64,000 nucleotides of DNA, from positions 14,034 to 78,033 of the IMG/VR virus record IMGVR_UViG_3300042453_003699; one strand, given 5' to 3'. The translations under genes were made by a program, and so were the position numbers. Positions 30,195 through 39,654 of the stretch are shown piece by piece. This DNA is from a virus. The notes under the pieces were generated by a model. The model saw only the letters and a list, made by a program, of their open reading frames with translations. It did not search any database and had not been told where the DNA came from. Position 1 is the first letter of the stretch, and each line of letters opens with the position of its first letter.

Positions 30195-30860
30195 ATGGCA
30201 GAACAGAAATTTCAGAGGATTCTATTAAGGCGGGGGGCTCTAGCCGACCTTCCTTCTTTGTCGGAAGGGGAACCGGGCTTTGCCACTGATTCGGAAGAAC
30301 TATTCGTAGGTACAGCTAATGGTAACCGCCGCGTTCTGGCTCCGGTGTACAACCTCATGTACACTCCATTTGACTACACAGACAAGTCTGCGAGCTTGAA
30401 GTATTGGGAGCGCGTCTCCGGCACAGGTACGATGTCTTACGAAAGCTCGGATTCTGTCATCGGTGCGGGTTGTTGGTCTGTCACAGGAACCGGAGTATGG
30501 GCTGTGAACTTCAGCATCCCTTGTAACCCTACCCTCGGTATGGGTGGTCTGGCGTATGTAAAACAGGCTTCAGGTGCCGCTACCATTTCTATTGGATTCA
30601 GGGCTTACGATAGCTCTGGGTCTGAGATTGCTTTCAATGCCTCAGCACAGAACTTTTTAGCCAACGCCGTCTCCGCTTCAGCAAGTTGGACGCAGTATCG
30701 TTCTCACGAGCTTGGAGAGGGTGCAGGTGCATCTCAGCTTCCTTCAGGTACACGATTTGTCCGCGCTCGTTTTGAAGTTTCTGCAAACACAGGAACCACA
30801 AGGCTCGACCATCTCCTGCTCATGCCTTTAGGTTTTTCAGCATACTCGTTGTACGGTTGA
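30195..30860 (+). CDS. Short fibre protein with Mtd/hyaluronidase-type N-terminal domain and carbohydrate-binding-like domain
   Basis: ILLRRG....LP.L..GEPGF.TD...LFVG motif; AGGAG RBS. Confidence 0.75.
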   Translation: MAEQKFQRILLRRGALADLPSLSEGEPGFATDSEELFVGTANGNRRVLAPVYNLMYTPFDYTDKSASLKYWERVSGTGTMSYESSDSVIGAGCWSVTGTGVWAVNFSIPCNPTLGMGGLAYVKQASGAATISIGFRAYDSSGSEIAFNASAQNFLANAVSASASWTQYRSHELGEGAGASQLPSGTRFVRARFEVSANTGTTRLDHLLLMPLGFSAYSLYG

Positions 30861-30869
30861 GGTTGAATA

Positions 30870-31421
30870 ATGTCAGTCGGTGTATTTTGGAAAAAACTAG
30901 CTGAGACCTACTTTGTTCAGGATGGATCTAACATCGTTAGAACCCCTAACCTTTTTAGCAATGGTAACGACTGGTTTTTGATTGATCCGACCGTTCTTCA
31001 GAGCAATTCAGGCGGACCTACGATAACTTCATCTACCTCTGTTTTGAATCTTTTGAGGAAGACGGACGCTACCCTTACTGCACCTACCGCAAACTGTGCG
31101 GAGGGTGCGTGGTCGGCTAATGGTTGGGATACAGGACCGCAGTTAATCATTCAACTTTCGGACTGGGTGAGCGAAAACTTTGATAATCCCGCGTTGAATA
31201 TCAACTACAACGCCATGAACCTTCTCTACACCGAAGTAATCATCTCAGGCACTAAGCACATCCTAGCCTGTTGTTATTTCGGAAATACGGGTTCTATTGC
31301 GATTGCTGATGGCGGGTCGTTTACCTATCAAGACTACTCCTATGAGCTTGTCGGGTACACATTCACTAGCACCATTGACAACCCTCAGCCTGTCGATGGC
31401 GGTCTTTTCGTTTACACCTAA
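30870..31421 (+). CDS. Structural protein carrying the shared ~150-aa domain
   Basis: KLAETY, IDPTVL, W...GW and LNIN motifs shared with 59021..59479. Confidence 0.65.
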   Translation: MSVGVFWKKLAETYFVQDGSNIVRTPNLFSNGNDWFLIDPTVLQSNSGGPTITSSTSVLNLLRKTDATLTAPTANCAEGAWSANGWDTGPQLIIQLSDWVSENFDNPALNINYNAMNLLYTEVIISGTKHILACCYFGNTGSIAIADGGSFTYQDYSYELVGYTFTSTIDNPQPVDGGLFVYT

Positions 31422-31437
31422 GCCTCTATAATGGGGT

Positions 31438-32460
31438 ATGCAGGTACTTTTCAAAAATGTGAGCGTGGAGTTGGTTTCAACCTTTCACGCAAAGAGCTTT
31501 TTCCTTTACGACATCATCCTTCTTACTGACAAGCACGACCCTTTGTTCACGGTCAATGACAAGCCCTATGTGAACAAAGAGAGTAATCTCTCCGCCTTCT
31601 TGTCAAAGGTCTACAAAGGTGATTGGGAGCCTCTTTTCCTCGACCTATTTAACTACAAACCAAATGCAGACGGTCGTCTGCTCACTCTCTTTCTGTCTGA
31701 TGAGGACTATGTAACCTTTGTAGGAAAGTTCATCTGCTCTGTGTTTCCAGAGTTGTCTGTGGCGCATAAAGCAAGGCTGATTCAAGCCGTGTGCGACGAC
31801 ACGCGGTATGTGAAAAGTGGTGTGTTTATGGAAAGGGCGGGGGCTTATTTGAATTTCAACCCTAGCCAAGAGCAGGTCATGGAGGCGGCAAAACAGGAAG
31901 CGTGTAAGCTACCCGACGGGTTTGCAGATCACCTCAGATTTGATTGGGTGGTAGGGCATCATTGGGGGGATCAGGCTCGATTCTTTCCCAAAGTGATTAA
32001 GAATATCCGGTCTATTAGTTTCCAAGAATTCCGCTCGATCGTGTTTAACGATCTGCCCGGAGCTCGCGGTCTTTTCGCGTTCAGCACGGAAAGACCTCTC
32101 CGCGATGTCATGTCAGATGCAGTATTAGCCCCGAGCTTTGATTCTAGCTTTGAATCGAAGTCTTACTATTCAGACCCCGAAGGCTCTGATGTGAAGAGCT
32201 TTATTGAAAAATACGGGGTGAGTTGGATCAGAGAACTCAGCAAAGATATGGCTGTAGGCGCGGACTATCTGCAAAAGTTTCCCGTAGAGCTGATGGTGGA
32301 CGAGAATGAGATGGTAGCTATCGCTTCATCTCCAGAAAAGATGGAGGAATGGTTCCGCCGACTTGTTCTAAACTCAAGTTTTAGGCAGTCCCTCAATTTC
32401 CCTCTCCTTGCGGAGTGGGTGAAGCTCAGGAGAGAAGGTGTTTCTGTCAAAACAGCTTGA
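31438..32460 (+). CDS. Hypothetical protein
   Basis: 340-aa ORF; TATAAT 5 nt upstream of the ATG. Confidence 0.7.
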   Translation: MQVLFKNVSVELVSTFHAKSFFLYDIILLTDKHDPLFTVNDKPYVNKESNLSAFLSKVYKGDWEPLFLDLFNYKPNADGRLLTLFLSDEDYVTFVGKFICSVFPELSVAHKARLIQAVCDDTRYVKSGVFMERAGAYLNFNPSQEQVMEAAKQEACKLPDGFADHLRFDWVVGHHWGDQARFFPKVIKNIRSISFQEFRSIVFNDLPGARGLFAFSTERPLRDVMSDAVLAPSFDSSFESKSYYSDPEGSDVKSFIEKYGVSWIRELSKDMAVGADYLQKFPVELMVDENEMVAIASSPEKMEEWFRRLVLNSSFRQSLNFPLLAEWVKLRREGVSVKTA

Positions 32461-33181
32461 TGTTCCCTACGCTACGGCTGTGGTAGTCCAACTGAAATCC
32501 CTCTTTCATCCAACGAAGGATCGCCTCTAAATCTTCCCTTTCGCTCATCGGAGGGGTCGGGACAGAGATCAAGTGGGATTGGGACTTCAGTATCGTTTCG
32601 TCGATGTGAGTTGAGTAGCTTTTGTTCACCTCTACCAAAACGGAAAAAACAAACCTTGCGCTTCTTCGATCAGGGAAGAAAAGATTCGAGCTTTTACTGT
32701 ATGTCTGGAATGTCAGGGTGGGCAAGATCCGTAAAATATGGGGTATGTCGTACAGCTTCCCAATCGCGAGCTTCTTGTTCGTCAAGTTGTCAAAAAAGAT
32801 AGTGGTGCTGTTGCAAGAAAATCGGCAATTTCTTCCGACAAAAGAATAGCTATCCGTTGTTAGATCCGAAGAGGTCTTCATGGACCTTGATGACAGATTG
32901 TTCCCCGAGATCGAGAACTCGGTGTTGGGGTAGATAGCCAAAAGGTCGCAGGGGTCTGCAACCACCTGCTTTCCATCTACTGTCGCTATTCCGCCTTCTG
33001 GGGCTAAGATAAAAACAAAATCCTCGGAGACCATGACTTCTTGAGTGAGTTCAAATGTCTTTAGAGAACTCTGATCGAAGTCCCGAAATGCGGGTTCGTC
33101 TAGGTCAACATTTGGAATGCCCAAATGCACAAGGTCATACTTATGTTCTTTGATGAAAGGTCCGTCAATAAAACAGATCAT
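32447..33181 (-). CDS. Hypothetical protein (possible cupin-like N terminus)
   Basis: 244-aa ORF abutting the upstream gene. Confidence 0.6.
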   Translation of the reverse strand: MICFIDGPFIKEHKYDLVHLGIPNVDLDEPAFRDFDQSSLKTFELTQEVMVSEDFVFILAPEGGIATVDGKQVVADPCDLLAIYPNTEFSISGNNLSSRSMKTSSDLTTDSYSFVGRNCRFSCNSTTIFFDNLTNKKLAIGKLYDIPHILRILPTLTFQTYSKSSNLFFPDRRSARFVFSVLVEVNKSYSTHIDETILKSQSHLISVPTPPMSEREDLEAILRWMKEGFQLDYHSRSVGNIKLF

Positions 33182-33631
33182 TCATATATTGTAGGAGGGC
33201 GTGTAAAGCTCCACAATTCTTTGCTCAAGCTCTGTAGTCTTCTCCTCGACATCAGGAGGATCAATCCACACTGTCAAAAAATGATTGTACTCAGAACCAA
33301 AAGCATTCTTCGTGGACTCAGATTGATCGGTCTTAGAGGAAAAAAACTGTTCTGTTTCAGTGAGGCGGTACTCCGGCACAATTTCCTTGAACCGATCAAG
33401 CTCGCTTTTTAGTTTGAAGGCGAGAGTGATCTCTCGGTTGTCGCGATCCTCTGGGTGCCCCTCGCACGATGACACCGTGCGTAAACCTTTGGATAAACAC
33501 GCCATAACGAGACGAACTACGCCATCTTCAATGTTCGACAAAAAATTAGGATCTTTCGGCGGTACGAATCTGCCCAAGTTGTCAGTGTTCGGAACCACGA
33601 TACGCCCCGATTTTTGTCTTTCATTTCTCAT
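33182..33631 (-). CDS. Tyw3-like domain protein (putative)
   Basis: IEDGV..LV...G.RTVSSCEGH motif. Confidence 0.5.
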   Translation of the reverse strand: MRNERQKSGRIVVPNTDNLGRFVPPKDPNFLSNIEDGVVRLVMACLSKGLRTVSSCEGHPEDRDNREITLAFKLKSELDRFKEIVPEYRLTETEQFFSSKTDQSESTKNAFGSEYNHFLTVWIDPPDVEEKTTELEQRIVELYTPSYNI

Positions 33632-33654
33632 GGTTCGATACTACCTTTGAGTCT

Positions 33655-33876
33655 ATGTCAGATCAAGATTTTCGGCGGATTTCTGCCATGCCGTTAGAAA
33701 AGGTTTTCAAAAACCAATCGTCTGCTCAGGACTGGATAGCTGAAAAGCTGTCCCTTGAACCTCACATGGTTCATGTAAATCGAGTAGAGGTTTTCGACGG
33801 AAAAGTGTCCACCTCGGGGAAAATCTTACTGGCGGGTGTGAAGCCCGTGAAGTTTGAGTTTGAGATGGAGCTTTAA
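33655..33876 (+). CDS. Small hypothetical protein
   Basis: 73 aa; TACCTT 7 nt upstream. Confidence 0.55.
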   Translation: MSDQDFRRISAMPLEKVFKNQSSAQDWIAEKLSLEPHMVHVNRVEVFDGKVSTSGKILLAGVKPVKFEFEMEL

Positions 33877-34139
33877 GCCCAACACTCAAATGCTCTGAGT
33901 TCTCCTTTAACTTTCATCCGGCTCACAGATACGACGAACAAGGCATTCCAAGACTTGAGGAGATAGAAGGGTTGACCTGAGATGAGGTCATGCCCCTCAT
34001 AGGCTTCTGTGGGCTCGTTATAGACGCTAGACAGGGCTCTCTTGGCAGTCTCCGCTTCACCACAAGGCTTCAGGCGTTCCAAGACTCCCCGATGCGCGTT
34101 CGGGTCTATTTCGTAGACAAACCATCGTATCTTTTCCAT
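33873..34139 (-). CDS. Small hypothetical protein
   Basis: 88 aa; tandem with the next ORF. Confidence 0.55.
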   Translation of the reverse strand: MEKIRWFVYEIDPNAHRGVLERLKPCGEAETAKRALSSVYNEPTEAYEGHDLISGQPFYLLKSWNALFVVSVSRMKVKGELRAFECWA

Positions 34140-34141
34140 AT

Positions 34142-34333
34142 TCAGTCCCAGTATTTGCAGATGCAGAAAGCATCTGGGTTATTGCAGACAGTGCAAGTTT
34201 TTACTTCTGCCCACTCCTTACAAGTCTCCATCGCGCCCGTGCTTTTGCGGTGCATCGTGCAATAGAACAGGTTGAAAGAAAGCTCCGCATGGCAACATCC
34301 TGAACAGGGCTTTTCTTTGTCGTCTTTATCCAC
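34142..34333 (-). CDS. Small Cys-rich zinc-binding protein
   Basis: 63 aa with CxxC motifs. Confidence 0.5.
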   Translation of the reverse strand: MDKDDKEKPCSGCCHAELSFNLFYCTMHRKSTGAMETCKEWAEVKTCTVCNNPDAFCICKYWD

Positions 34334-34350
34334 GAATACTAGAATTATTT

Positions 34351-35046
34351 ATGGATTTGCGCTCCTTGTTTCAGAAAGGGTATTCGGTAACAAAGATCGA
34401 AAAGTCGCTCGCTGACAAGGTTTTGGAGGCGATGCCACGGCAGACTTTCAAGTACCCCGACAAGATTACCCAGAAAGAGCACCCTATGTATCATTCCGAC
34501 ACGGGTCTCTTTTATTGCGAATGCGTCACCCCTTTCACCTCAGATCAACCGCCCTTGATGGGTAGGGGATTTCATGAGGGGGATCTCGATTTTTTCACGG
34601 AGTTCTGGGGGCTGATTTCCTATTCGGAAACCTATAAGTGGTATCGGGAATCGTTTGGACCTGTAACGAGGTTCTCAAAGCAGATGCACGATTTCAAAAA
34701 GGGGGAGTCTCTTGGGTTTCATTTTGACTACAAGGACGCAACGCCCTTCATCAACATACTGTATGTCGGGGACGATGACTTCACCGAAGGGGACGGAGGC
34801 TATTTAGAAGTTGGTAAGTGTCGGGTTACGGATGGTTTTGAAATCATCAGGGACTCGATTGAAGTCACGGGTCGGATTTTCCCGAATCACGGAACCCTTG
34901 TGACCCTGAACAATATGACTCCGTACTTCGTTCACTCCGTGGCTCGGCTGATGTCCTCAAAAAAGAGATACAGCTTCATCTGCCAGTTCGGTCACAAGGA
35001 AAACGAACTCTATTCCTTGATCTCTAAGGGTTGGAACATCCGCTAA
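34351..35046 (+). CDS. 2OG-Fe(II) dioxygenase (prolyl-hydroxylase-like)
   Basis: HFD...GGYL...H.V...KRYS facial triad and 2OG-binding Arg. Confidence 0.85.
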   Translation: MDLRSLFQKGYSVTKIEKSLADKVLEAMPRQTFKYPDKITQKEHPMYHSDTGLFYCECVTPFTSDQPPLMGRGFHEGDLDFFTEFWGLISYSETYKWYRESFGPVTRFSKQMHDFKKGESLGFHFDYKDATPFINILYVGDDDFTEGDGGYLEVGKCRVTDGFEIIRDSIEVTGRIFPNHGTLVTLNNMTPYFVHSVARLMSSKKRYSFICQFGHKENELYSLISKGWNIR

Positions 35047-35060
35047 TACTGCCCTACTGT

Positions 35061-35675
35061 ATGAAAAAGATTTATCGTAGGCTAGTTCTTAGTCTCATGC
35101 AGTCTAGGCTGTATTCTTGGGCGTTACTCCATGTGATCCCTTACATTCGATTTACGACTTACTATACCTCACTGCGTGGGTGGAAATACCAAAGGGGCTA
35201 TCGACTTCTTCAAGCAGGAGACATCCTTCTAACGATTGATCGGAAAAAGCTGACGACGGTTCTGATACCGGGCGAGTTCAGTCACGCCGCCTTGTGTGTA
35301 GACAAAGGGTCTGAATTTGAGATCGCTGAGATGACCCACTCCCACTTCACCCGAAGCACTTTTTTTGACATCTGCAAGGAGTCAGACCGAGTTGTGATTC
35401 TCAGGTGTAAGACTTTCGATTACCCCTACATCCAAAAAGTAGTCGAGAAATGCCTGAGCTTTTCTGAAGCGAGTTACGACATCGGATTCGAGTTGGGTAT
35501 CCAATCTCTCTATTGCTCGGAACTCGTGTACCAATCGGATTTTGAACGAAGGATTGGAGCTGACCTTACTGACTTGGCAGGGTTAGGGAGACCCTACATT
35601 TCCCCGACAGGGCTTCGGCAAGCTGATAATGTCGAAGTGGTCTGGGACAGTGACTTGGAAGTTAAGGCTCAATGA
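35061..35675 (+). CDS. Permuted papain-like NlpC/P60 amidase (YiiX/YaeF-like)
   Basis: GDILL, FSHAAL, YD and LYCSELV motifs. Confidence 0.85.
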   Translation: MKKIYRRLVLSLMQSRLYSWALLHVIPYIRFTTYYTSLRGWKYQRGYRLLQAGDILLTIDRKKLTTVLIPGEFSHAALCVDKGSEFEIAEMTHSHFTRSTFFDICKESDRVVILRCKTFDYPYIQKVVEKCLSFSEASYDIGFELGIQSLYCSELVYQSDFERRIGADLTDLAGLGRPYISPTGLRQADNVEVVWDSDLEVKAQ

Positions 35676-36321
35676 CATTTCGGATGTCTTTGAGTCTCGC
35701 TTTGGTGAGGGTGTGCTCGACATAACCCAAGTGAAAAAGGAGGGTATTCCTTTCCTTCTCCGCCTTCACGGGGTCAACCCTGTGTTGGTTCGTGGGGTCT
35801 AGGTTGTTGATGACTACGAGGGTTCCGTGATTCGGAAGTATCCGATCGAATAGGGCGACTGAATCCCCGATAGCCCGACCCACTCCAAGCCAACCCCCAT
35901 CTTCGTATGTAAACTCATCGGGCGTTAGATACAGACAACAGGTGATGGCGGTAGCGTCCAAGGAGTCGGTATGCCAAACCATACCGTCCCCGTTTCGGAA
36001 TCGGTTAATCATAGGGCAACCCTGAGAAAACTCACCTAGAGCCTCTCTGATCGGCTTGAAGAAGGAGTGTACCTTGGCTTGGTTGTAGAAGTCGGTAAGC
36101 TCCTGCGGGGCATCCTTGTTCTCTGAGGGGATAATTTTACTGCTTTCCCATTTGGATATGAGGGGTGCGCGGAAGTTTTCACTCGCGTAAACCCCATCCC
36201 CTTCCACAAAAGGTTGCCTCTGGATCACCCCTAACAGGTAGTCGCTCATGGATTTTTCAACCTTAGCGACGCAGTAACCTTTTTTGAAAAATGATCTAAG
36301 GTTCAGATTTCCTTCAATCAT
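35662..36321 (-). CDS. 2OG-Fe(II) dioxygenase, paralog of 34351..35046
   Basis: WHTD...GGWL...HRV...ERNT. Confidence 0.85.
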   Translation of the reverse strand: MIEGNLNLRSFFKKGYCVAKVEKSMSDYLLGVIQRQPFVEGDGVYASENFRAPLISKWESSKIIPSENKDAPQELTDFYNQAKVHSFFKPIREALGEFSQGCPMINRFRNGDGMVWHTDSLDATAITCCLYLTPDEFTYEDGGWLGVGRAIGDSVALFDRILPNHGTLVVINNLDPTNQHRVDPVKAEKERNTLLFHLGYVEHTLTKARLKDIRNVIEP

Positions 36322-36343
36322 TCACCTATACTCCCGTATAAAC

Positions 36344-37306
36344 ATGATAGGCAGAAAGGCACGCACGCTATCAAATACTTTGATCGCCTTCGATGCGGAT
36401 TCCACCCAGTTCGAGAAGCTGAGTGATCGCGTCATTGCGTACCTTCGTGAAAACCAGATTATGGCTTTGCCCACGGACCGCCCGTTCCATGTATCCGTAT
36501 CGTATATCTCGAATGCCCAAGAAGAGGACGATTTGATTGGACTCATGGAAGAGGCTGAGGGTGCGGGGAGGTTCCACAGTAAGACGCTTGTTCCGTTAAA
36601 AGGGAAAAATGGTAGTACCTACATAGCGTTGCAGGTGGAAGCCTCCCCAAAGTTTTTCAATTTCAAGAGGAAGGTGGACGACCACACCAAGTCTCGGGGC
36701 TTTGCTCGTGGGTTCAAGACCCACATAAGTCTTGCGAAATTTCCATCTTGGCAAATGCGACAGGGGTTGATGGAGGAGCTAAACAAAAAGTTTAATCCAG
36801 TATTTTCCATCAACTCTGACAGGGTACTTTTGTACGACCAGTCCCATAAGATTTACAGGTCAATGGAGGCTAACTTGGAACTTGCAGATCATCTCAAAGC
36901 TCACAACCGAATGAGCTACCGTTCGATGGAAACCATGATGCGGAAGATTTTGGACCGCAACACGAAAGGGTTCTTCAAAGACAATCACTGGGCTCCCGTC
37001 CACAAGATTCAAAACGAGCTTTCGGCTGAAATGATCGACATGGACCTGATGCGTTCCAAATACTTCCACAACAAAGACTCCACCTCATCGGAACCTGACG
37101 GTAAAGAATGGGTTTTTGAGGTGTACTACGGGGATGAAGGTGGTTGGACCCTGCGCGTAGTCGCGAGTTTCGGTCCAAGCCCGACCAGCGACCCTATGTC
37201 GGTTTACGATTTGGTCTACACTCTGACATGGAGCAAAAAAATCAAAAAGGAAGCCTCTCTTTCTTCCAAGCTCCGTAAGATCGCGTCTTCCTTAAAAATG
37301 GGCTGA
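36344..37306 (+). CDS. 2H phosphoesterase (2'-5' RNA ligase/Acb1-like fold) fused to an unknown domain
   Basis: Two Hx(S/T) motifs, FHVSV and THISL, about 80 aa apart. Confidence 0.75.
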   Translation: MIGRKARTLSNTLIAFDADSTQFEKLSDRVIAYLRENQIMALPTDRPFHVSVSYISNAQEEDDLIGLMEEAEGAGRFHSKTLVPLKGKNGSTYIALQVEASPKFFNFKRKVDDHTKSRGFARGFKTHISLAKFPSWQMRQGLMEELNKKFNPVFSINSDRVLLYDQSHKIYRSMEANLELADHLKAHNRMSYRSMETMMRKILDRNTKGFFKDNHWAPVHKIQNELSAEMIDMDLMRSKYFHNKDSTSSEPDGKEWVFEVYYGDEGGWTLRVVASFGPSPTSDPMSVYDLVYTLTWSKKIKKEASLSSKLRKIASSLKMG

Positions 37307-37310
37307 CCGT

Positions 37311-37350
37311 TTCCGCCGAATCTTCAAAAATTCCGCCGAATTCACCGAAA
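37311..37350 (+). promoter_or_regulatory. Tandem TTCCGCCGAA motifs
   Basis: Exact copies at 37311 and 37331 plus a degenerate copy at 37341. Confidence 0.75.
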
Positions 37351-37390
37351 GGCGTTGACGCGACCATTTTGTTGTGTAAATTACTCTTTG

Positions 37391-37789
37391 ATGTCTGATA
37401 AGAACGACCAGAAAGAGAAGGACAAAAAGGACGGCATTGTGCTTAAAGCCATGCTCTCCCCTTCTGACATCGACGAGATGTTAGACCGATACGCTTTACC
37501 TGAAGGCAAGCGGACCAACTCTTTCGCTCGACAAGCCCAACTAGACATTCGTAGGCTTCTGTCTGAGATCGAGTTCATGAAGAGGCTACTGGACAACGGC
37601 TCCTTTTGCGGACCCGGCGTCCACGACCTCCGCATCATGACGACGAACTACTACAAGAAGATTCCGGGCACGGACGAGGACGATCGAACCTGCGCTTACG
37701 CCAGTCTATTCTGCACTAAGTGCGCGTGGACTAAGGAGATTGTGGCGGCGGACTACCGAGGTACTTACTTCACCAAGAAGGATGAGTAA
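37391..37789 (+). CDS. Hypothetical protein with a zinc-binding C terminus
   Basis: C...H and CTKC; follows tandem TTCCGCCGAA sites. Confidence 0.6.
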   Translation: MSDKNDQKEKDKKDGIVLKAMLSPSDIDEMLDRYALPEGKRTNSFARQAQLDIRRLLSEIEFMKRLLDNGSFCGPGVHDLRIMTTNYYKKIPGTDEDDRTCAYASLFCTKCAWTKEIVAADYRGTYFTKKDE

Positions 37790-37812
37790 AGATTCAATAT
37801 CCTTCGCCTTGT

Positions 37813-38952
37813 ATGGGAAAGGTAGCCGATCGGCTCCGACAGATAGCCAAAATAGCCGTAGCCAAGTATGTCACTCGTTCGGGGGACTTACTGGTAGCCT
37901 ACCCTAATAGAAGCGGTGCGACCGTTCTAGTCAAGAAATCAGGGACCAAATATGAGATCGTCTCCCTGAAGCAAAATAGGATTTGGGGGAGCTACGCAAT
38001 CTCTTACGCTCAGGCAAAGGGCGTTGCGGGTATTGTACCCAACATCAGGCTTCGCGATGTCACCAACGAAGCCGCTTTTCTTGAGGTTCTGGAAAACCCC
38101 AGTCGTGTTCTTAAAGGCGACTTGATGCAGGACATAGCACAGCTATCAAAAATACTTGGCAAGCTCAAGTATTACGAGGTGGTCGATGAGGCGAAAGCCC
38201 TCAAGCTCCTCACGCTCAAGGAAAGCATTCCCGTCGCCTATCTCAAGAGATACCTTCCAGAGCTTCCTACGGATCAGGAGGGGTCGCATCAGAAGATTGG
38301 ACCGTTTGATGTCTCCTTTGACCACGAAAATGAGGGCGAGAGGCAAGCGATCGAAAACTTGATTGAACGCGCTGTCCAGACGCTAGGGTCGGCGGGCTTC
38401 GGGGATTACCTGTACGGCAAGATATTTGTTGTAAGCAAACTCAAGGGGCGCACCGTAGCTGATTACCACCCCTCAGACGATTCTATCCGACTCAGCCACA
38501 AGGCTAAGGGCAAAGAGGATTTGAGAACCTTCATTCACGAAATTGGGCACCGCATACTTAACAAGGGTGGCGCGGATTATCCCAAGATCAAAGCTAAGTT
38601 CCGTGAAGCAGTGCAGGGTTTTTCTCTTGAGGTCAAACCGGGTACGATCCTGAAAGACAAGAAAGACGGAAAGACCTACAAATATGTGGGGCAATCTTTT
38701 CAAGCTCGTTCTACTCCATACAAGATTAAGCAGGTTTTGACTGAGAACGGCGAGACCATCGAACGAGGTGACTATAGGGTCAGCGCATTCTATTTCACGA
38801 ACTTCGAGGGAGACTTTAAGATCAACGGCGAGTGGTTTCCCACTGCCTATTCCAAAACGAACCAAGAGGAATGGTTCTGTGAGATTCTGTCTTTCGCACT
38901 CACGAGGGGAGATAAGATTTTCCTAGATTTTATCAAGGAAGTCAGGAAGTGA
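37813..38952 (+). CDS. Zincin-like metallopeptidase
   Basis: HEIGH plus distal Y..TN.EEWFCE motif. Confidence 0.75.
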   Translation: MGKVADRLRQIAKIAVAKYVTRSGDLLVAYPNRSGATVLVKKSGTKYEIVSLKQNRIWGSYAISYAQAKGVAGIVPNIRLRDVTNEAAFLEVLENPSRVLKGDLMQDIAQLSKILGKLKYYEVVDEAKALKLLTLKESIPVAYLKRYLPELPTDQEGSHQKIGPFDVSFDHENEGERQAIENLIERAVQTLGSAGFGDYLYGKIFVVSKLKGRTVADYHPSDDSIRLSHKAKGKEDLRTFIHEIGHRILNKGGADYPKIKAKFREAVQGFSLEVKPGTILKDKKDGKTYKYVGQSFQARSTPYKIKQVLTENGETIERGDYRVSAFYFTNFEGDFKINGEWFPTAYSKTNQEEWFCEILSFALTRGDKIFLDFIKEVRK

Positions 38953-38953
38953 C

Positions 38954-38982
38954 TTGATTTTGTGTCTTGCTCGTCGAATACT
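38954..38982 (+). promoter_or_regulatory. Sigma70-like promoter
   Basis: TTGATT-N17-AATACT upstream of the ORF at 38992; one-mismatch motif copy at 39001. Confidence 0.45.
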
Positions 38983-38991
38983 AAATTGGTG

Positions 38992-39333
38992 ATGTTCAGA
39001 ATCGGCGGAAAACAAGAACAACTTGTAATGACCAGAACAGGGGTCACTGCCGAATCCCTACTACGAGTTCTTCAGCTTTTCAGGGACCACTCTCCTGACA
39101 ATCAGATCCGAAGTGGCGCTAGGTTCATGATTTTATTGATTTCTCAGACACTTCGATCATCTATACGGAATGTAGGCTTGACGAAGGTCACGGTGAGTTT
39201 CAAATGGCTCCGCGAGCTTTCAACTAGAGTAAGTAGCATGGCTGTTCACAAGAATCTGCCAGCCGCTTGGTTTGTGGTTGCCTTGGTAAATGAGATAGTG
39301 CCGCAAGAAAAGGACGAGGAGCTTACTCAATGA
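38992..39333 (+). CDS. Hypothetical protein
   Basis: ORF downstream of the promoter; start uncertain. Confidence 0.5.
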   Translation: MFRIGGKQEQLVMTRTGVTAESLLRVLQLFRDHSPDNQIRSGARFMILLISQTLRSSIRNVGLTKVTVSFKWLRELSTRVSSMAVHKNLPAAWFVVALVNEIVPQEKDEELTQ

Positions 39334-39470
39334 AGTACAAAATCGTGATTGAATTTGAAGCCGACAATGTTTCCGCTACCGAGATTAAGAACTTAATCGA
39401 GACTACGGTGGATTGTTGCCCTCTTCTTATGGAAGGGGCTACTGTCGAGATGACGGAGACTACGGGTTGA
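39330..39470 (+). CDS. Small 46-aa protein absent from the ORF track
   Basis: GAGGAG RBS, ATGA overlap, MKYKIVIEFEAD... Confidence 0.55.
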   Translation: MKYKIVIEFEADNVSATEIKNLIETTVDCCPLLMEGATVEMTETTG

Positions 39471-39654
39471 GGGCAGACTTTACTAACTCGAATACAAATT
39501 CAGGAAACCCATTCTTCGAGAAGTCTCTTCGCTCGGTTTTTTCTTTAGACCACTGTAGATAGGCATTATTCTCAGGGGTCTCGTAGTTGTAGCAAGACAG
39601 GATCTTTTTCAAGACCTCCTCGTACTTCTGAGCTTTCAGCTCTAACTCTGTCAC
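39460..39654 (-). CDS. Small hypothetical protein
   Basis: GTGA overlap and AAGGA RBS. Confidence 0.55.
   Translation of the reverse strand: MTELELKAQKYEEVLKKILSCYNYETPENNAYLQWSKEKTERRDFSKNGFPEFVFELVKSALNP

Noticed and set aside
30195-30860. Diversity-generating retroelement suggested by the Mtd-like N terminus
   Set aside because: No reverse transcriptase and no template/variable repeat pair seen in the window
37311-37350. Tandem TTCCGCCGAA as a mini-CRISPR or iteron origin
   Set aside because: Repeats are only 10 bp, two or three per site, dispersed, with no adjacent initiator gene
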